From: Octopus vulgaris | Lineage: Eukaryota | DNA length: 64,000 nt | NCBI GenBank assembly: GCA_951406725.2 | Contig: OX597832.1 | Span: 58,962,001 to 59,026,000 of the forward strand | Direction: 5' to 3' | Shown: piece after piece, positions 42,367 to 57,653 of the stretch | How the letters are laid out: every line of letters begins with the position of its first letter | Position numbering within the stretch: the stretch's first letter is position 1 | Notes under the pieces: model-generated | What the model was told of the DNA's origin: nothing | What the model saw: only the letters and a program-made list of their open reading frames with translations | Database searches by the model: none | Position numbers and translations under genes: made by a program

Positions 42367-42990
42367 AAGCGGTGAGCTGGCAGTAACGTTAGCACGCCGT
42401 ACAAAATCCTTAGCGGTATTTCGTCTGCCGCTACGTTCTGAGTTCAAATTCCGCCGAGGTCGACTTTGCCTTTCATCCTTTCAGGGTCGATAAATTAAGT
42501 ACCAGTTACCCACTGGTGTCGATATAATCGACTTAATACCTTTGTCTGTCCTTGTTTGTCCCCTCTGTGTTTAGCCCCTTGTGAATAGTAAAGAAATAGG
42601 TATTTCGTCTGTCTTTACGTCCTGAGATGAAAATCTGCCGAGGTCGACTTTGCCTTTCATCCTTTCGGGGTCGATAAATTAAGTACCAGTTGCGTACTTG
42701 GCGATATAATCGATTGGGCCCCTCACCAAAAATTTCGGGCCTTGTGCGTAGAGTAGAAAAGACTATTAAGTGAGGCGATCTGGCAGAAACGTTAGCACGC
42801 CGGGCGAAATGCTTAGCAGTATTTCGTCCGTCTTTACGTTCTGAGTTCAAATTTCACCGAGGTCTACTTTGCTTTTCATCTTTTCAGGGTCGATAAATTA
42901 GTTACTAGAAACGAACTAGGGTCGATGTAATCGACTGCCTCCCCATTTCCCCAAAATTTCGGGTCTTCTGACTAGAGTAGAAAAGAAAAG
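42367..42990 (+). mobile_element. SINE family B: dimer (42367-42765) followed by a monomer (42773-42990)
   Basis: Heads GCGGTGAGCTGGCAGTAACGTTAGCAC and GGCGATCTGGCAGAAACGTTAGCAC, B box GAGTTCAAATTCC, Meta-like core, tails ending TAGAGTAGAAAAGA. Confidence 0.88.
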
Positions 42991-44919
42991 AATAATTTGA
43001 TGTTTATATATCATTTGGTATTTACAAACCGACGATTGATCATGATATTATGATTTATAAAGATCTGATTATTAAAGCGGAAAGGATTATCACAAAAGCC
43101 ATTGCAATTAATTTTTTCCAAATAAGAAAATAAGATGGCAAAAAAATGAATAATTTATCTCATAAACTTCATTAGCTTACAGCTGTTCTTGCTTTAAGAG
43201 AGTTGAGTGCATGAATAACACCTTATAGCTTCATCGGAGCGTCGAATTTTAAGTGCAAAATTAATGAATTGATCGACTTATTTAAAAGTGGCGAGTTGGC
43301 TGTACCATCGGGAGAGGAAAGTATATCATTCAAATTTTTTATAATTTCCAAATTGTTACATAGTTTTCCACTAAGAACGCATATTATTTCTAACCCAAAG
43401 TTATGGTATATGTGCACAATCGGTAACATTGTAAAATCGATACCACAATATATATATATATATATATCTTTAAGAAGGAATCAGATGGAGAATGGATTTA
43501 TGGTACAACTTCCATTTTATACAGAAATTTGACCGCAATTTCCAACCGATATCTTCAAGTCGTGTCATATATAGAATCCAATTTTAAAGATAGAAGCAAA
43601 GGGAAAAAAGAACAAAAGATATTCAAATATTTAAAAAGAAGGGTTTGCATAGGTGAGAGTTACAACATTACTTGAACAATATTCGTCCTGTTCTGTTTTG
43701 ATAACGATTATTTTGACGATTTATTTCTGTACTTACATTGTTTTTTTTTCTTTTCACGAACACTTTTTTTTTTCTATATTCTCTATGTTAACAAAAGCAA
43801 CAATGTGTGGTTTTAAATATTTAGATATTTGTTTTGTCTTTTCTCCTGATTGACAGTATATCACGATTTCGACATATCTATATTTGCTTAACTTTGATGT
43901 CGGTCTGGTGCTGTTGATATAAACGTATTTACAGAGGAAACGCAAAGATGCGTCTCATGGAAAGCAATATTTGTTCTTTCAATGAGTGTTGCAACTACGA
44001 ATATTTGCATTTCGAGTTCAGCATGAATGGACAGCTTCTAAATCACATTTTAGTTAACAGAAATTATTATTATCCATCTCAGAAAGCACGTCAGCTTTGG
44101 TGGAGTGTGATATGAAACCCGATAAATAGAGCATAATTCTGTTTACGAATTCTTTGGCTTGTTTTTATTGAAACCGATGCATCGAAACAAGCTTAATATT
44201 CTTGTCCACACACATACACGCACATAGAAATATATATATACATACATACATACATACACACACAGTGAAACACGAACAGACAAACACACACACGGACACA
44301 TACAAACACACACACACACAAACATACGCATACACACATGTCCACAAATATCGAGTTATATTACACGGATTTATATGCTTTTTGTCGTATTCTATAAAAA
44401 CACGGACATAGTTTTTTTGTAGACAAACGTATTCTTGGTATCAGATAAGCACATACATATACATTGTATACACACACACGCACACACACAAACACACATG
44501 CATAAATGTTTATGGGAAATTATATATATAAACATAAATATATATGTATATATATGTATATTATATAAATAATTTATACACCTCAATACTTTCTCTATAT
44601 ATATATATATCTATATGAGTTGAGGCTGTAGGTATGTGTGTGTGTGTGTGTGTATGTGCAGCGTAGTTGTTTCATGCACACACAGAAATATACATGGTGT
44701 AAATATGCACATATTATATGCACGCAGAAACCACATATGCATTCTACTTGCACAAATGTTTAGTAGAGCGTAACGAATTAAGATTTTGGCTCAATGATAA
44801 AGCGAACTCTTTGGTAAAATATGTAATCACTGATCCAATCATAAGAAAGTTGGATTCTAATCACAGTAAAGCGAAAATCTCTCTCTATTTCTGTCTCTGT
44901 CTCCGCCTCACTCTCTCTC

Positions 44920-44994
<75 letters not shown>

Positions 44995-45374
44995 CTTTTC
45001 TTATGTATGCGTGTGGTCCACAAATCCCGATGCTTCTCTTAGGCAAGCAACTGCTTGCTGGCAGATCGTAATTATGGACAACAGATAGCAGAAATACGCA
45101 GCGGCACCCGCCTCACCGCCAACGTTGCAACACACATCGCCTTATCATCTGCTCAAGAAGCATCATTGCCACCATTGCAACTACAACCGACACAATCTCA
45201 AATCCACAACTAGCAGCAGCACCACCAGCACCAATAACGACATTGTTAGCCACCATTGCAGATATACACACACACGCACACACACACACGCGCACGCACA
45301 CACAATATATGTTGAAATGAAACATGGACAATGATAGATATGTACGTATGTAGATGGATATATGCAAACGCACG

Positions 45375-45408
<34 letters not shown>

Positions 45409-45442
45409 TGTGTGTATATACTTATGTTCGTGTTTATGTATT

Positions 45443-45485
<43 letters not shown>

Positions 45486-45575
45486 ATGTATATATATACA
45501 CACACTCAGAGACAGACAGGCAGATAGATAGATATATAGATAGATAGAGAGAAAGGGAGAGAGAGAGACATAGGC

Positions 45576-45647
<72 letters not shown>

Positions 45648-45935
45648 TGATAGATAGATAGATAGATAGATTGATAGATAGATGGATGGATAGATAGAGA
45701 AGACAGAAATAGAATAAGAGACAAGCATAGTTATAGATAAGCAGGTAGATTGATACAGATGTACATACGCACGCACATACATGTATAAATATATATATAT
45801 TGTATATATATATATACACACACACTCACACATAGATATATAAATATATACATTCTTATATATATATAGATATAAATACATATTTATATACATGCATATG
45901 CATAGACACGCATATATATATATATGGTAATAAAC

Positions 45936-45978
<43 letters not shown>

Positions 45979-46261
45979 TATGTAGATATGTAGATATAAA
46001 TGATGTAGGCAAGTATGTACATATTTATCTGTACTCATGTATGTATGTATGTATATATGTACACCTGAATGTATGTATTGCTTACAATTAATCTTAGGAA
46101 TGATCTAAAGATAACGAAGAGATGAATAATATTTGAATAATTAGGAAAGCAATCAGGGAATTTTATGATGTAATATTCTAGAAAATTCTTTATTAATTTC
46201 CGATAATGAACTGAAGCAAATACTTGCTGCAGCTATTTGCCGTTCCTAGTTTCTAGCTTCT

Positions 46262-46492
46262 GGAAGAAGGAGAAGAAGAAGAAGAAGAAGAAGAAGAAGA
46301 AGAAGAAGAAGAAGAAGAAGAAGGAGGAGGAGGAGGAGGAGGAGGAGGAAGAAAATAGAAGGAGGAGGAGGAGGAGGAGGAGGAGGAGGAGGAGGAATAA
46401 GAAGTGGAGGAAGAAGTAGGAGGAGAAGAAGAAGAAGAAGAAGAAGAAGAAGAAGAAAAGAAGAAGAAGAAGAAGAAGAAGAAGAAGAAGAA

Positions 46493-46523
<31 letters not shown>

Positions 46524-46972
46524 AAGAAGAAGAAGAGAAGAAGAAGAGAGGAGAAGAAGAAGAAGGAGAAGAAGAAGAAGAAGAGGAGAAGAAGAAGAAG
46601 AAGAAGAAGAAGAGAAGAAGAAGAGAAGAAGAAGAAGAAGAAGAAGAAGAAGAAGAAGAAGAAGAAGAAGAAGAAGAGGAGAGAAGAAGAAGAAGAAGAG
46701 GAGAGAAGAAGAAGGAGAAGAAGGAGAAGAAGAAGAAGGAGAAGAAGAAGAAGGAGAAGAAGAAGAAGGAGAAGAAGAAGAAGAAGAAGAAGAAGAAGAA
46801 GAAGAAGAAGAAGAAGAAGAAGGAGATGAAGAAGAAGAAGAAGAAGAAGAAGAAGAAGAAGAAGGAGAAGAGGAAGAAGAAGGAGAGAAGAAGAAGGAGA
46901 TGATGGAGAAGAAGAAGAAGAAGAAGAAGAAGAAGAAGAAGAAGAAGAAGAAGAAGAAGAAGCAGAAGAACT
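46262..46972. repeat. (GAA)n/(GGA)n polypurine tract, ~700 bp
   Basis: Directly visible. Confidence 0.97.
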
Positions 46973-47065
46973 AATAATAGGCGACATCGTATAAGTAACT
47001 ATCCACGTTGGACACTTCTATGGAAAGTAATAACACGATGATTGTACGATATAGATAGAAATTAG

Positions 47066-47265
47066 GGAGCGAAAGTGCGTGGCTTAGTGGTTAAGGGTAT
47101 TCGGTTCGCGATCGTAAGGTTGTGAGTTGAGTTTCCGGCGAAGTGTTATGTCCTTGAGCAAGACACTTTAATTTCACGTTGCTCCAGTTCACTCAGCTGG
47201 CAATAATGAGTAACACTTTTGTTTTGAACGGCCAACCTTTTCCCCTTCTGTCTCACGCTGAATCT
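47066..47265 (+). mobile_element. tRNA-derived SINE (D-type head, C-type tail), partial
   Basis: GTGGCTTAGTGGTTAAGG, TGTCCTTGAGCAAGACACTTTAA, TCTGTCTCACGCTGAATC. Confidence 0.65.
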
Positions 47266-47354
47266 TTTACTTTTGCTGCCCTTTGAATTCGCAGGTGTAG
47301 TTCTGCATCAAGATTTCCATCTTTTTGTACAGGGCTTCCAAGGTAGAGGATCGT

Positions 47355-47510
47355 CTGTCTTAACGTTTGAGTTCAAATTCCTCCGTGGTCGACCTTCCCT
47401 TTAATTCTTTGGGGTTCGATAAGATAAGTACTAGTTGAGCATTGGAGATGCTCTGATCGAATTGACCTTCTTTTTCAAAATTTCTGACTTTGTGTCAAAA
47501 TTTGAGACTA
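47355..47510 (+). mobile_element. Degenerate SINE family B
   Basis: GAGTTCAAATTCCTCCGTGGTCGAC..CGATAAGATAAGTACTAG. Confidence 0.7.
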
Positions 47511-48013
47511 ATTTGAAACATATTGTATATAGACTGGGTTTTTTTTTTTATTAAAACGAGGAATTCGGAACTAACTTTGGCAAGTAATTAATGTTTGAAG
47601 AGCCGAAAATAGTTGCTCAAATATCAGATAGCATTTAATGAGAATAAGCAAATGAAATTACGCCGAAAAAATTAAAATTTGAACATTTTAAATTCCATAA
47701 AGCTGTGTACATACACGAACATACACACGCACACATACATACATACATACATACATACATACATACATACATACATACATACATACATACATACATACAT
47801 GCATACACACATATATACACATATGTACATATGTATGTATGTATCTTCAGATATAGTGAAAGAAACGCATATACATACAAACGCATATAGCTACCAATAT
47901 ATGCATATATATATCTGTGTGTGTGTGTGTATATATATATACACATATGTGTTTATATTTTTATGTGTGTGTATGTATATGTATGCATTTATATATATAT
48001 ATATGTGTGTGTT

Positions 48014-48114
<101 letters not shown>

Positions 48115-48749
48115 TAAAATTATTAAGGTAATCAGGCATAAATTTGTAAACAATATTTCGATCTGAGTATAATTTCGTGGGATTATTGTTTACAAATAGA
48201 TACCGATTTATATCTTATATTGTTTCGATTAAAATCAATTAGCTATTACTTATAGCTAATGTGTGTATGTGTGTGTGTGCACGCGTATATGTCGTAAACA
48301 GAAACTTAATATATATACATACATACATACATAAATGATTCTACATGCATTTGTCGCCGCACACACTCATATACATACGCACGCATATATGTTATGAAAT
48401 AACAAATTCGTTTTCTGTATACTATCAAAATAAAGTACTAAGCAGCGATGAATATTTAAGAGAAAATTTTTCATACTCTGCGTTACCTAAGTTGTTCATG
48501 AATATTCGTATGAATGTTGACCTTTATCCCTGACAGATCCCTCTCACAAATGTAAACATGATTATAACACTGTTTTATATCGTTCTCTGACAGCCATCCC
48601 CTGAACGGTTACATCCTTCCATACTACAATGTGACATCAATCCAATAGTAAGAACATGGTGTTGCTATTATGTTAAACAGTCTTATCTCCAAATCTGACC
48701 AAATGCGGGTTTTTTTTCAATATTTATTTTTGCTTGCAACAGCCGGTTT

Positions 48750-48970
48750 ACCTATTTCTTTACTACCCACAGAGGAGACGAACAAGGACAGACAAACGGG
48801 TGAAGTCGATTATATGGACCCCAGTTCATAACTGGTACATATTTAATCGACCCCGAAAGGATGAAAGGCAAAGTCGACCTCGGTGGAATTTGAACTCAGA
48901 ACGTAGCGACAGACGAAATACCGCTAAACATTTCGCCTGTCGTGCTTAACGCTTCTGCCAGGTCGCCGCC
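48750..48970 (-). mobile_element. SINE family B unit with linker
   Basis: CCTATTTCTTTACTACCCAC..CGACCCCGAAAGGATGAAAGGCAAAGTCGACCTCGG. Confidence 0.85.
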
Positions 48971-49516
48971 CTCTACGGCTGGGATTACCTTTGAGAGTAA
49001 ATATATTGTTTAGCTCCAGTGTCACAGTTGACAAAAAACTAATAATAAGAACAACGACTGCAAGAACGAGTAAAAAGACAATCTGTTGCAGAAAGCTTGT
49101 ATTGTCTAGCTCATTGCTTGAGTTTAGCTCAAACTTGAAACGATTCGTCGAACTGTCGACGGATTTGCAAAATCATCCCAGTATAAATTCTACACAACAG
49201 ACCACAATGGCCTATATTCAAGAAGGAGGAAAATTGAGGTTACAGATAAATGGTATAAACATGAACGAACACAATAGACAAATTATATTAGAAACTGATA
49301 ATGTAACACGCAAATTTATGAGCAAAAATGTATAGCGAAACCAAGGGAAAATATGTAATAATTTATTTAGTTCATAGGAAATAATAAATCAAATTTTAAA
49401 CCCCAAGACATAATATATGTGTTCGAATGCGTAGTTGGGGTTAATGTTTGAGTATGTTCAGAGAATGTAACATCGCGTGCGTATATGTGTGTGTATGAGA
49501 GAGAGAGAATGTGTGA

Positions 49517-49592
<76 letters not shown>

Positions 49593-50114
49593 ATGTATAC
49601 ACACAACCACACACGTGTGTGCGTTGGTGTGTCCGTGTATGGAAATAAATGTATGTGACACTTCCATTCTACTAAGTGCTTTATTTAGCATTTTGCACGT
49701 AGAGTTGAAATTCTTTTGATTTTAAAAAATTATTTCCCATCAGCAGGGTTCGTGCCATCCATCCATCCATACATTGACGTGGCTAAATGTTATTTATTGC
49801 AGACACACTGACATACATAAAGCTAGAGATCTACGCATACAAACACCCGCACACACTAACACACACACACACACACACATATATAGACTTACACGTACAT
49901 ACAAAGAAATATGTGTATACACATTTAAAAATATGTAAGTATGCATACACACGCACACACATATATATATGCGTATATGTGTGTATCTATATATGTATAT
50001 ATAACTATGTATGCGTATGTGTGTATATATATATATATACGTATATATATACATATATATGCATATATATGTATATGTATATGTGTATATATATACATAT
50101 ATATATATATGAGC

Positions 50115-50145
<31 letters not shown>

Positions 50146-50311
50146 TACGCATATATAGTTATATGTACATATATAAATACACACATACACGCATATATAT
50201 ATATGTGTGTGTGTGTATGTATGTATGTATGTATGTATATGCAAACATACAATACATCAATACAGGCACACAGATAAGACGCATATGAAAAGAGATTTCT
50301 CTCTCTCACTT

Positions 50312-50343
<32 letters not shown>

Positions 50344-50464
50344 CCAAGTAAAGTCAGCACAAACTAATATCATTTTGACGGCTTCTGACATTTCTTTAAA
50401 TATTTTAAATTAATGGATTCCTTTGGTGTTCAGCGAATGATACAATCAGTGAGAGAGCAATATG

Positions 50465-50500
<36 letters not shown>

Positions 50501-51182
50501 ATGTGTGTATGTTGTGTATATATATGTATATATATGTATGTATATGTTTGTGTGTGTGTTTGCCTGTTTAAACGTATATATCATTTTCTGTATTATCAGA
50601 CATTGCGCCACAATCTATTTCTCAGTAACATTTATACAACAACAACAACAACAAAAAACAAAACAAATAATAAATAAAAACTTATACATATATAGATAAT
50701 ATTTCCAAAAGTATTTCAAATTTTATTACTTGTAAGATGTTTAATTGCTGGACCGTATTTATTAGATGTCAACCCAACTGTGTACCCTAGACAATGTCTG
50801 TATATGCGCAAGTTAAAGTACACACACACACACACACACACATATAAGTACAAATATGCGTGTAGATATATATAAGTATTAGGAATACATATTTAAATGC
50901 ACATATATGCATATATGTACACATTTTAAGGCATGCATGCATATATGTATATTTGTATATAAGTTTGGATATTAATATATGTATGTGTATCATAACCATA
51001 TGCATATGTATAACATAAGTATAAAAAAGTATATATATGTATATACATATAATATATATATATATATATGTATATATGTATATATATATATATGTGTGTA
51101 TGTGTGTGTAAATCTGTATATCTATCTATTTACTTATCTGTATCTATATATATGTTATATACATATGTATGTATGTATTTAG

Positions 51183-51242
<60 letters not shown>

Positions 51243-51934
51243 ATATATGTATGTATATATGTATGTATATATGTATGTACGTATGTACGTATGTATGTAT
51301 GCAATATGGAATCTTCACCACTTCGATTTTCTCTTCTGTAGAATTCCTGTATTTTTCGTCCGTTTTAAAAACTTAGTCTCAACCTAAATGTTTTGAAGTT
51401 TCTTTTGTTATGCATTTGCTCACAGCTGAATAACGCTTTCCATGTTGCTCTAGCTATCACAATTCCTTCTCAAAATCGCCTTTCCCTTTAAAACCCCACC
51501 TTCCACGACCTACTTCCATACATGCTTCCATGCCACCGATGCAACGATTACAACCACACACACACACACACTCACATACATGCACACTCACAAACACACA
51601 CAAAAAGATTCCCTCACACAAACTCACAAACACACGCACGTACACCTTCTAACACTCTCTCTAACGAACACCATTGTACTTCCTAATTTGCATACCTCTC
51701 TATACATACACCACATGAAATACACTACTAACCCCTTACATAATGTTCCAGACAAGGAAACCCATTTTTATCTACTCCACGCTTTTTTCTTACATCTTAC
51801 CTCTACCAGAAAATAAAACTCTCCCTCGGCTTCTAATCTTTCATCCATATTTTCTCTTTAATTCTCTTGGAATCGTTACGCTGTCTTTCACGCTCATACT
51901 TTTATCTACTGAATGACAGAAGTAAGAAACGTTA

Positions 51935-52303
51935 CTCTTTTACTCTTTTATTTGCTTCAGTCATATGACTGTGGCCATACTGGAGCACCGCCTTTAGTCA
52001 AGGAACTCGAGCCCAGGACTTATTCTTTGTAAGCCTTGTACTTACTCTGTTGGATTCTTTTGCCAAACCGCTAAGTTACGGGGATGTAAACATACCAGAA
52101 TCGGTTGTCAAGTGATGTTGGAAGGACAAACACAGACACACAAACATACACACATACATATGTATATATACATATATACGACGGGCTTCTTTCAGTTTCC
52201 GTCCCACTAAATCGACTCACATTGCTTTGGTCAGCCCGAGGCTATAGCAGAAGCCACATGTGGTTCGTAAGCAAGCCACTTATCACACAGCCACTCCTAC
52301 GCC
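51935..52303 (-). mobile_element. SINE family A with an internal deletion in the head
   Basis: Reverse complement of family A: TCAGTCATATGACTGTGGCCAT...CACACAGCCACTCCTACGCC. Confidence 0.85.
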
Positions 52304-52364
52304 TACAATTTTTCTTTTCCATTAAAGCGTCCTTCTTTATTTTATATTCCATACATACATTATA

Positions 52365-52663
52365 AAGGCACGTTCGCTGGTGATTATGGTATTTCGCTTA
52401 AAATCTTAAACACCCGAGTTCGGTCCACATCGGTGCGTTTTGCCCTTAAGCAAGTTATTATATTTCACGTTACTCTAATTCACACAGTCATGTAATTCAA
52501 AGGGCCAGTTTGTCACATACTGCGTTATGCTGGATCTCACCGAAACAACGATAAGGGTATATGTACCTTTGGAGTGCTCATACACTTGTACGTTGAATCC
52601 ACGAGCAGGAAGTTTCGTTAGTCGGATCATCTGGAACACTCGTCGTTATAATCAATGGAGTGC
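52365..52663 (+). mobile_element. Degenerate SINE (D-type head, C-type tail)
   Basis: GCCCTTAAGCAAG..TTTCACGTTACTC followed by CAAAGGGCCAG..GGATCATCTGGAACACTCGTC as in 6350-6520. Confidence 0.6.
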
Positions 52664-52714
52664 TTGTTTGTTACATGTGCGTGTGTGTGTTTCTTCTCCT
52701 GTCTCTAATAATAT

Positions 52715-53513
52715 TTTCCACTCTAGGCACAAGGACCGAAAGTTTTGGGGATGGGAGCCAGTCGGTTACATAGATCCCAGTGCATAACTGGTACTTAATT
52801 TATCGACCCCGAAAGGAAGAAAGGTAAAGTCGAACTCAGCAGAATTTGAACTCAGAACGTAAAGACAGACGAAATACCGCTAAGTATTTCGCACGGTGCG
52901 CTAAAGTTTCTTATTTCTTTATTGTCCACAAGGGGCTAAACAGAGAGGGGACAAACAAGGTCAGACAAAAGGATTAAGTCGATTACATTGACCCCAGTGC
53001 GCAACTGGTTCTTAATTTATCGACCTCGAAAGGATAAAAGGCAAAGTTGACCTCGGCGGAATTTGAACTCAGAACGTAAAGACAGACGAGATACCTATTT
53101 CTTTACTACCTACAAAGGGCTAAACACAGAGAGGAAAAAGAAGGACAGACAAACGGATTAAGTCGATTATATCGACCCTAATGCGTAACTGGTACATAAT
53201 TTATCGACCCCTAAGTGATGAAAGGTAAAGTCGACCTTGGCGGAATTTGAACTCAGAACGTAGCGACAGACGAAACACCTATTTCTATTTCTTTACTACC
53301 CACTAGGGGCTAAACACAGAGAGGACAAACAAGGACAGACAAACGAATTAAATCGATGATATCGACCCCAGTGCGTAACTGGTACTTATTTAATCTACCC
53401 CGAAAGTATGAAAGCCAAAGTCGACCTCGGCGGAATTTGGACTCAGAACGTAACGGCAGACGAAATACGGCTACGCATTTCGCCCGGCGTGCTAACGTTT
53501 CTGCCAGCTCGCT
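52715..53513 (-). mobile_element. SINE family B tetramer
   Basis: Four tandem core units with linkers; single head at 53513 and single tail (CTCTAGGCACAAGG) at ~52720. Confidence 0.9.
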
Positions 53514-53778
53514 GCCTCTACTGCCTCTAATAATAACAATTACTAATTACCCAACTTCCTTTGATACATTTGCATACTGATTTATCTTGTGAACAATCTC
53601 TGTACTAAAAATCTCTTTAAGATACTACGAAAGTACAATATTTTCACCAGTTTCCCAGTCGTGATTAGCAAAACGCAAAACCGGTAGACGTATGCGTGTA
53701 TGAATATTTATTTATCAAATAAGCATTTAAAAGGGGGAAACAGAGCTTTAAGAGGAAGAAAATATGTGTGTGTGTTTG

Positions 53779-53812
<34 letters not shown>

Positions 53813-54691
53813 TTTGAGACCCACAAACGTGTGTGCGTGTGTGTATGTCTGTGTACGTAACTATACACACTCTCAGGGTGAGTGAGTGGGTGAGTGAGCG
53901 GAAAATGTTGAGGGATATTGTTTGTTCATATATTAATACCTTTTAACAGGCAACGAGTTTGTGATATTTGAGATCATATGATGCAATTTTATAGTCTAAA
54001 AAATATATTTTCATATCGTAAGAAGATATTTTATTCTCCGCCCAGGTTTCGTACGACACGGTTCGCTAATGTAGAAGCATGGGAGAGAACGGCATCCACT
54101 TGATATTTAAATCACTTCTCTCTGACACAAGCTGTCATAGGGGAGTCTATTAAGACATACCAGCACGTTCTTTAGAACATCACTCTCTCTCTATATATAT
54201 AAGAACTAAAATATCATATATTCGTATCAATAGCGCATTAACAAGGCTGAGAGAAGACATCTAGGAGGAATGTTTCGCAAACTGAATTCACATCTGGGCG
54301 ACTTTCACATTTGTAATATAGTAAGAGAAAGAGAGGGAGAGAGAGAGACAGAAAGAGACAGAGAGAGACAGAGAGAGAGAGTGAGAGAGGGGCAACGACT
54401 TCGATAATCAGAACTTAATCTTGGAATTGGAAGACAAAATTTCCCTCTGGGGTTTAGCAACTACCAGCCACACACTCAAATGATATCACCTAATTCTGAC
54501 ATATTCTTTTTACGTAACATTAATTTCTTATATATATACACATAAAGATATACATATATATCTTAGTGTCGCATTATTCTGAGTTATAAGGGTGTTATGA
54601 ATAAACTTTGTACAATGAGACATAACGGAATATGATAGGACAGCAAGCATACGTATGTAGACACAAAAATTCATTGGTATAGACATAAATC

Positions 54692-54736
<45 letters not shown>

Positions 54737-54758
54737 GAGTGTACATACGTATATATAC

Positions 54759-54803
<45 letters not shown>

Positions 54804-54804
54804 C

Positions 54805-54836
<32 letters not shown>

Positions 54837-55462
54837 GTGTGTGTGTATATATATATATGTATATATACGTATGTATATTCATATATATATATTTATATAT
54901 GTATATATGCACATATACATTGATATATACATAGAGAATGACAGATATTGGGTGGATAAATAGGCAAATTGCTAAATACATACTAGTAGATACAGCCTAT
55001 ATACATACATACATACATACATACATACATCCATCCATCCATCCATCCATCCATACATACATACATACATACATACATACATACATACATACATACATAC
55101 ATACATACATACATACGTACGTACGTACTTACATACATACTATACATGCATACTCGAATCCATTATTCCTAATAAATATTTTATTAATACGATAGCTTTT
55201 CTTAGGAATATTTAATAGAAAAATTTCAACTAACGTGAAAATATGGATATGTGTTAGTTTAACAACGTTGTTATTGATGTCACTCTCGTTGTGTATGTTT
55301 TCCGTTCGTTTCGTTTCCATTTTAGAATTATTTCTCAGCATTATATGCCTACTTGGCTTTCAATAATCCCCATGTTTCACAAAAATAGGGATTTATTGTA
55401 CATTTTTGCCTTTGAAATAGTCCACAATAACCATTACACAATGCATATTTACGCACGAACAC

Positions 55463-55513
<51 letters not shown>

Positions 55514-55543
55514 TGAATACACATGTATCTATCTATCTATCTA

Positions 55544-55584
<41 letters not shown>

Positions 55585-56336
55585 CAGATATATATGTTTA
55601 TATTTATATATGTATGTATATTTATGTATATCCGTACGTAAGTGTAATATATATATATATATATATATATATATTTCACTGACGTATTTTTGTCGTTCAG
55701 ATTAGAAAATTTTACTGCGTCATATTTTATTTTATTTAATGTATGTATTTTAGTTTATGTTTGTTTTATTCTTCATTTTGGGAGTGGTTTGTCTTATTCT
55801 TTCTTATGATATTATATATATATTATTTTTTTTCATGCGAAATTTGCATGCATTTATGCTAAACATCAGTTTTAGCAAAAGAAAAAAAAAAGCAGATTCC
55901 CTAAAAAAAAATATAAATAAATAAGGGTCATTATTTGATATTAAATGCAAAACGAATATTTATGAAAGTACATATTACGGATTCCCAGGCGTGAAGTAAG
56001 GGAACAGCTGAAGAAAACAGACACAAAAATAAACAGAAAAAGAAAAAAAAAACACATATACAACAAATGTAGAAATAAAAACAGTTGAAGAATTATATAA
56101 ATAAATATGTAAAAAATGAGACAGCATATAACCAGGAATTTGACTAAATTATTATTATCTTTTTTTCTCAAAGTGAGCTGCAATGAAACTATCCATCGCC
56201 CTCGCATATGGCTGTTCTGAAAGTCTATGATAAGCGGGAATTTTGATCTCTTTACGAATGAGATCCGTAAAACATACAATAACGTTTATTTTTACACGCG
56301 CGCACCCAGGTGGAGGTACCAAGGTGAGACGTAGGC

Positions 56337-56418
<82 letters not shown>

Positions 56419-56427
56419 ATATATATA

Positions 56428-56503
<76 letters not shown>

Positions 56504-56523
56504 GCATATATATATTTATTGTA

Positions 56524-56559
<36 letters not shown>

Positions 56560-57592
56560 GATACAATAAATATATATATGCATGTATATATATATATGTG
56601 TGTGTCGATGCATATGATGCAATGATATTTGTGTCTATATATATAAATGTGTGTTAGTGTGTGTTCGTCTGTGTGTGCATCCATATACGCAGGTACACGG
56701 ATACACGAACATATGAACATTGCTATGAATGCATCCGTACGTATGAGTGTATGGATGTACGTATATGAATGTATATGTTCAATGTGCGTGTACGTACGCA
56801 TACATACACAGAACTCGTCCACAGATGTACACATCTTTGTCTATGTATTTCTGTTTTTAGATCTGCAGGTGTAAGCATGTGTATTTGTGTGTACGTTTGT
56901 ACGTGTACGAATGTTTCTATGCCGAGAAAAACTAGAAAAAAATAAGGGTATGAAAATGATTAAGGGAAAAAAGAACCTACATCCTGCGAATAAGGTTTGC
57001 ATAAAATGGAGAGAATAGAAGTATGTATGTCTGCAAATGTGTATGTGCTGGTCTGTTAACATATATGGTTATATGTGGCTGCGTGTGCATAGATGTGTGT
57101 GTGTGTCTGCTTGTTTGTATGTGTATAAATGTTTTATGAGAATAAGATACATCTGGTATAATGCATATTATACAATAAAATTGTCAAACTTAGAGAATAA
57201 ATAAATATACATAACGGGTATGTTTGTGTGTGTGTATATATATATATATACCTTACTGTATGTATTTATATACATAAATGTATATATATTTATGTATATA
57301 CATATGCACATACATATTTATGAATATATATATATATATACACATACACATATACATATATATATAAATTTATATATGTATGTATTTATATACATATATA
57401 TATATGTATGTGTATATATACACACACATATATATATATGTATGTATGTATGTAAATATATAAATGTGTACATATACATCTATAGGCATATATATTTTTG
57501 TATATATACATATATAGGTATGATATATAGGAAAATATATATAGACATATACATACATATATACATACAGACCAAAAGACAATACTTCGTGT

Positions 57593-57653
<61 letters not shown>

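Noticed and set aside
48991-49335. 114-aa non-repetitive ORF
   Set aside because: TTG start, no recognisable motif and no clear splice signals; consistent with chance.
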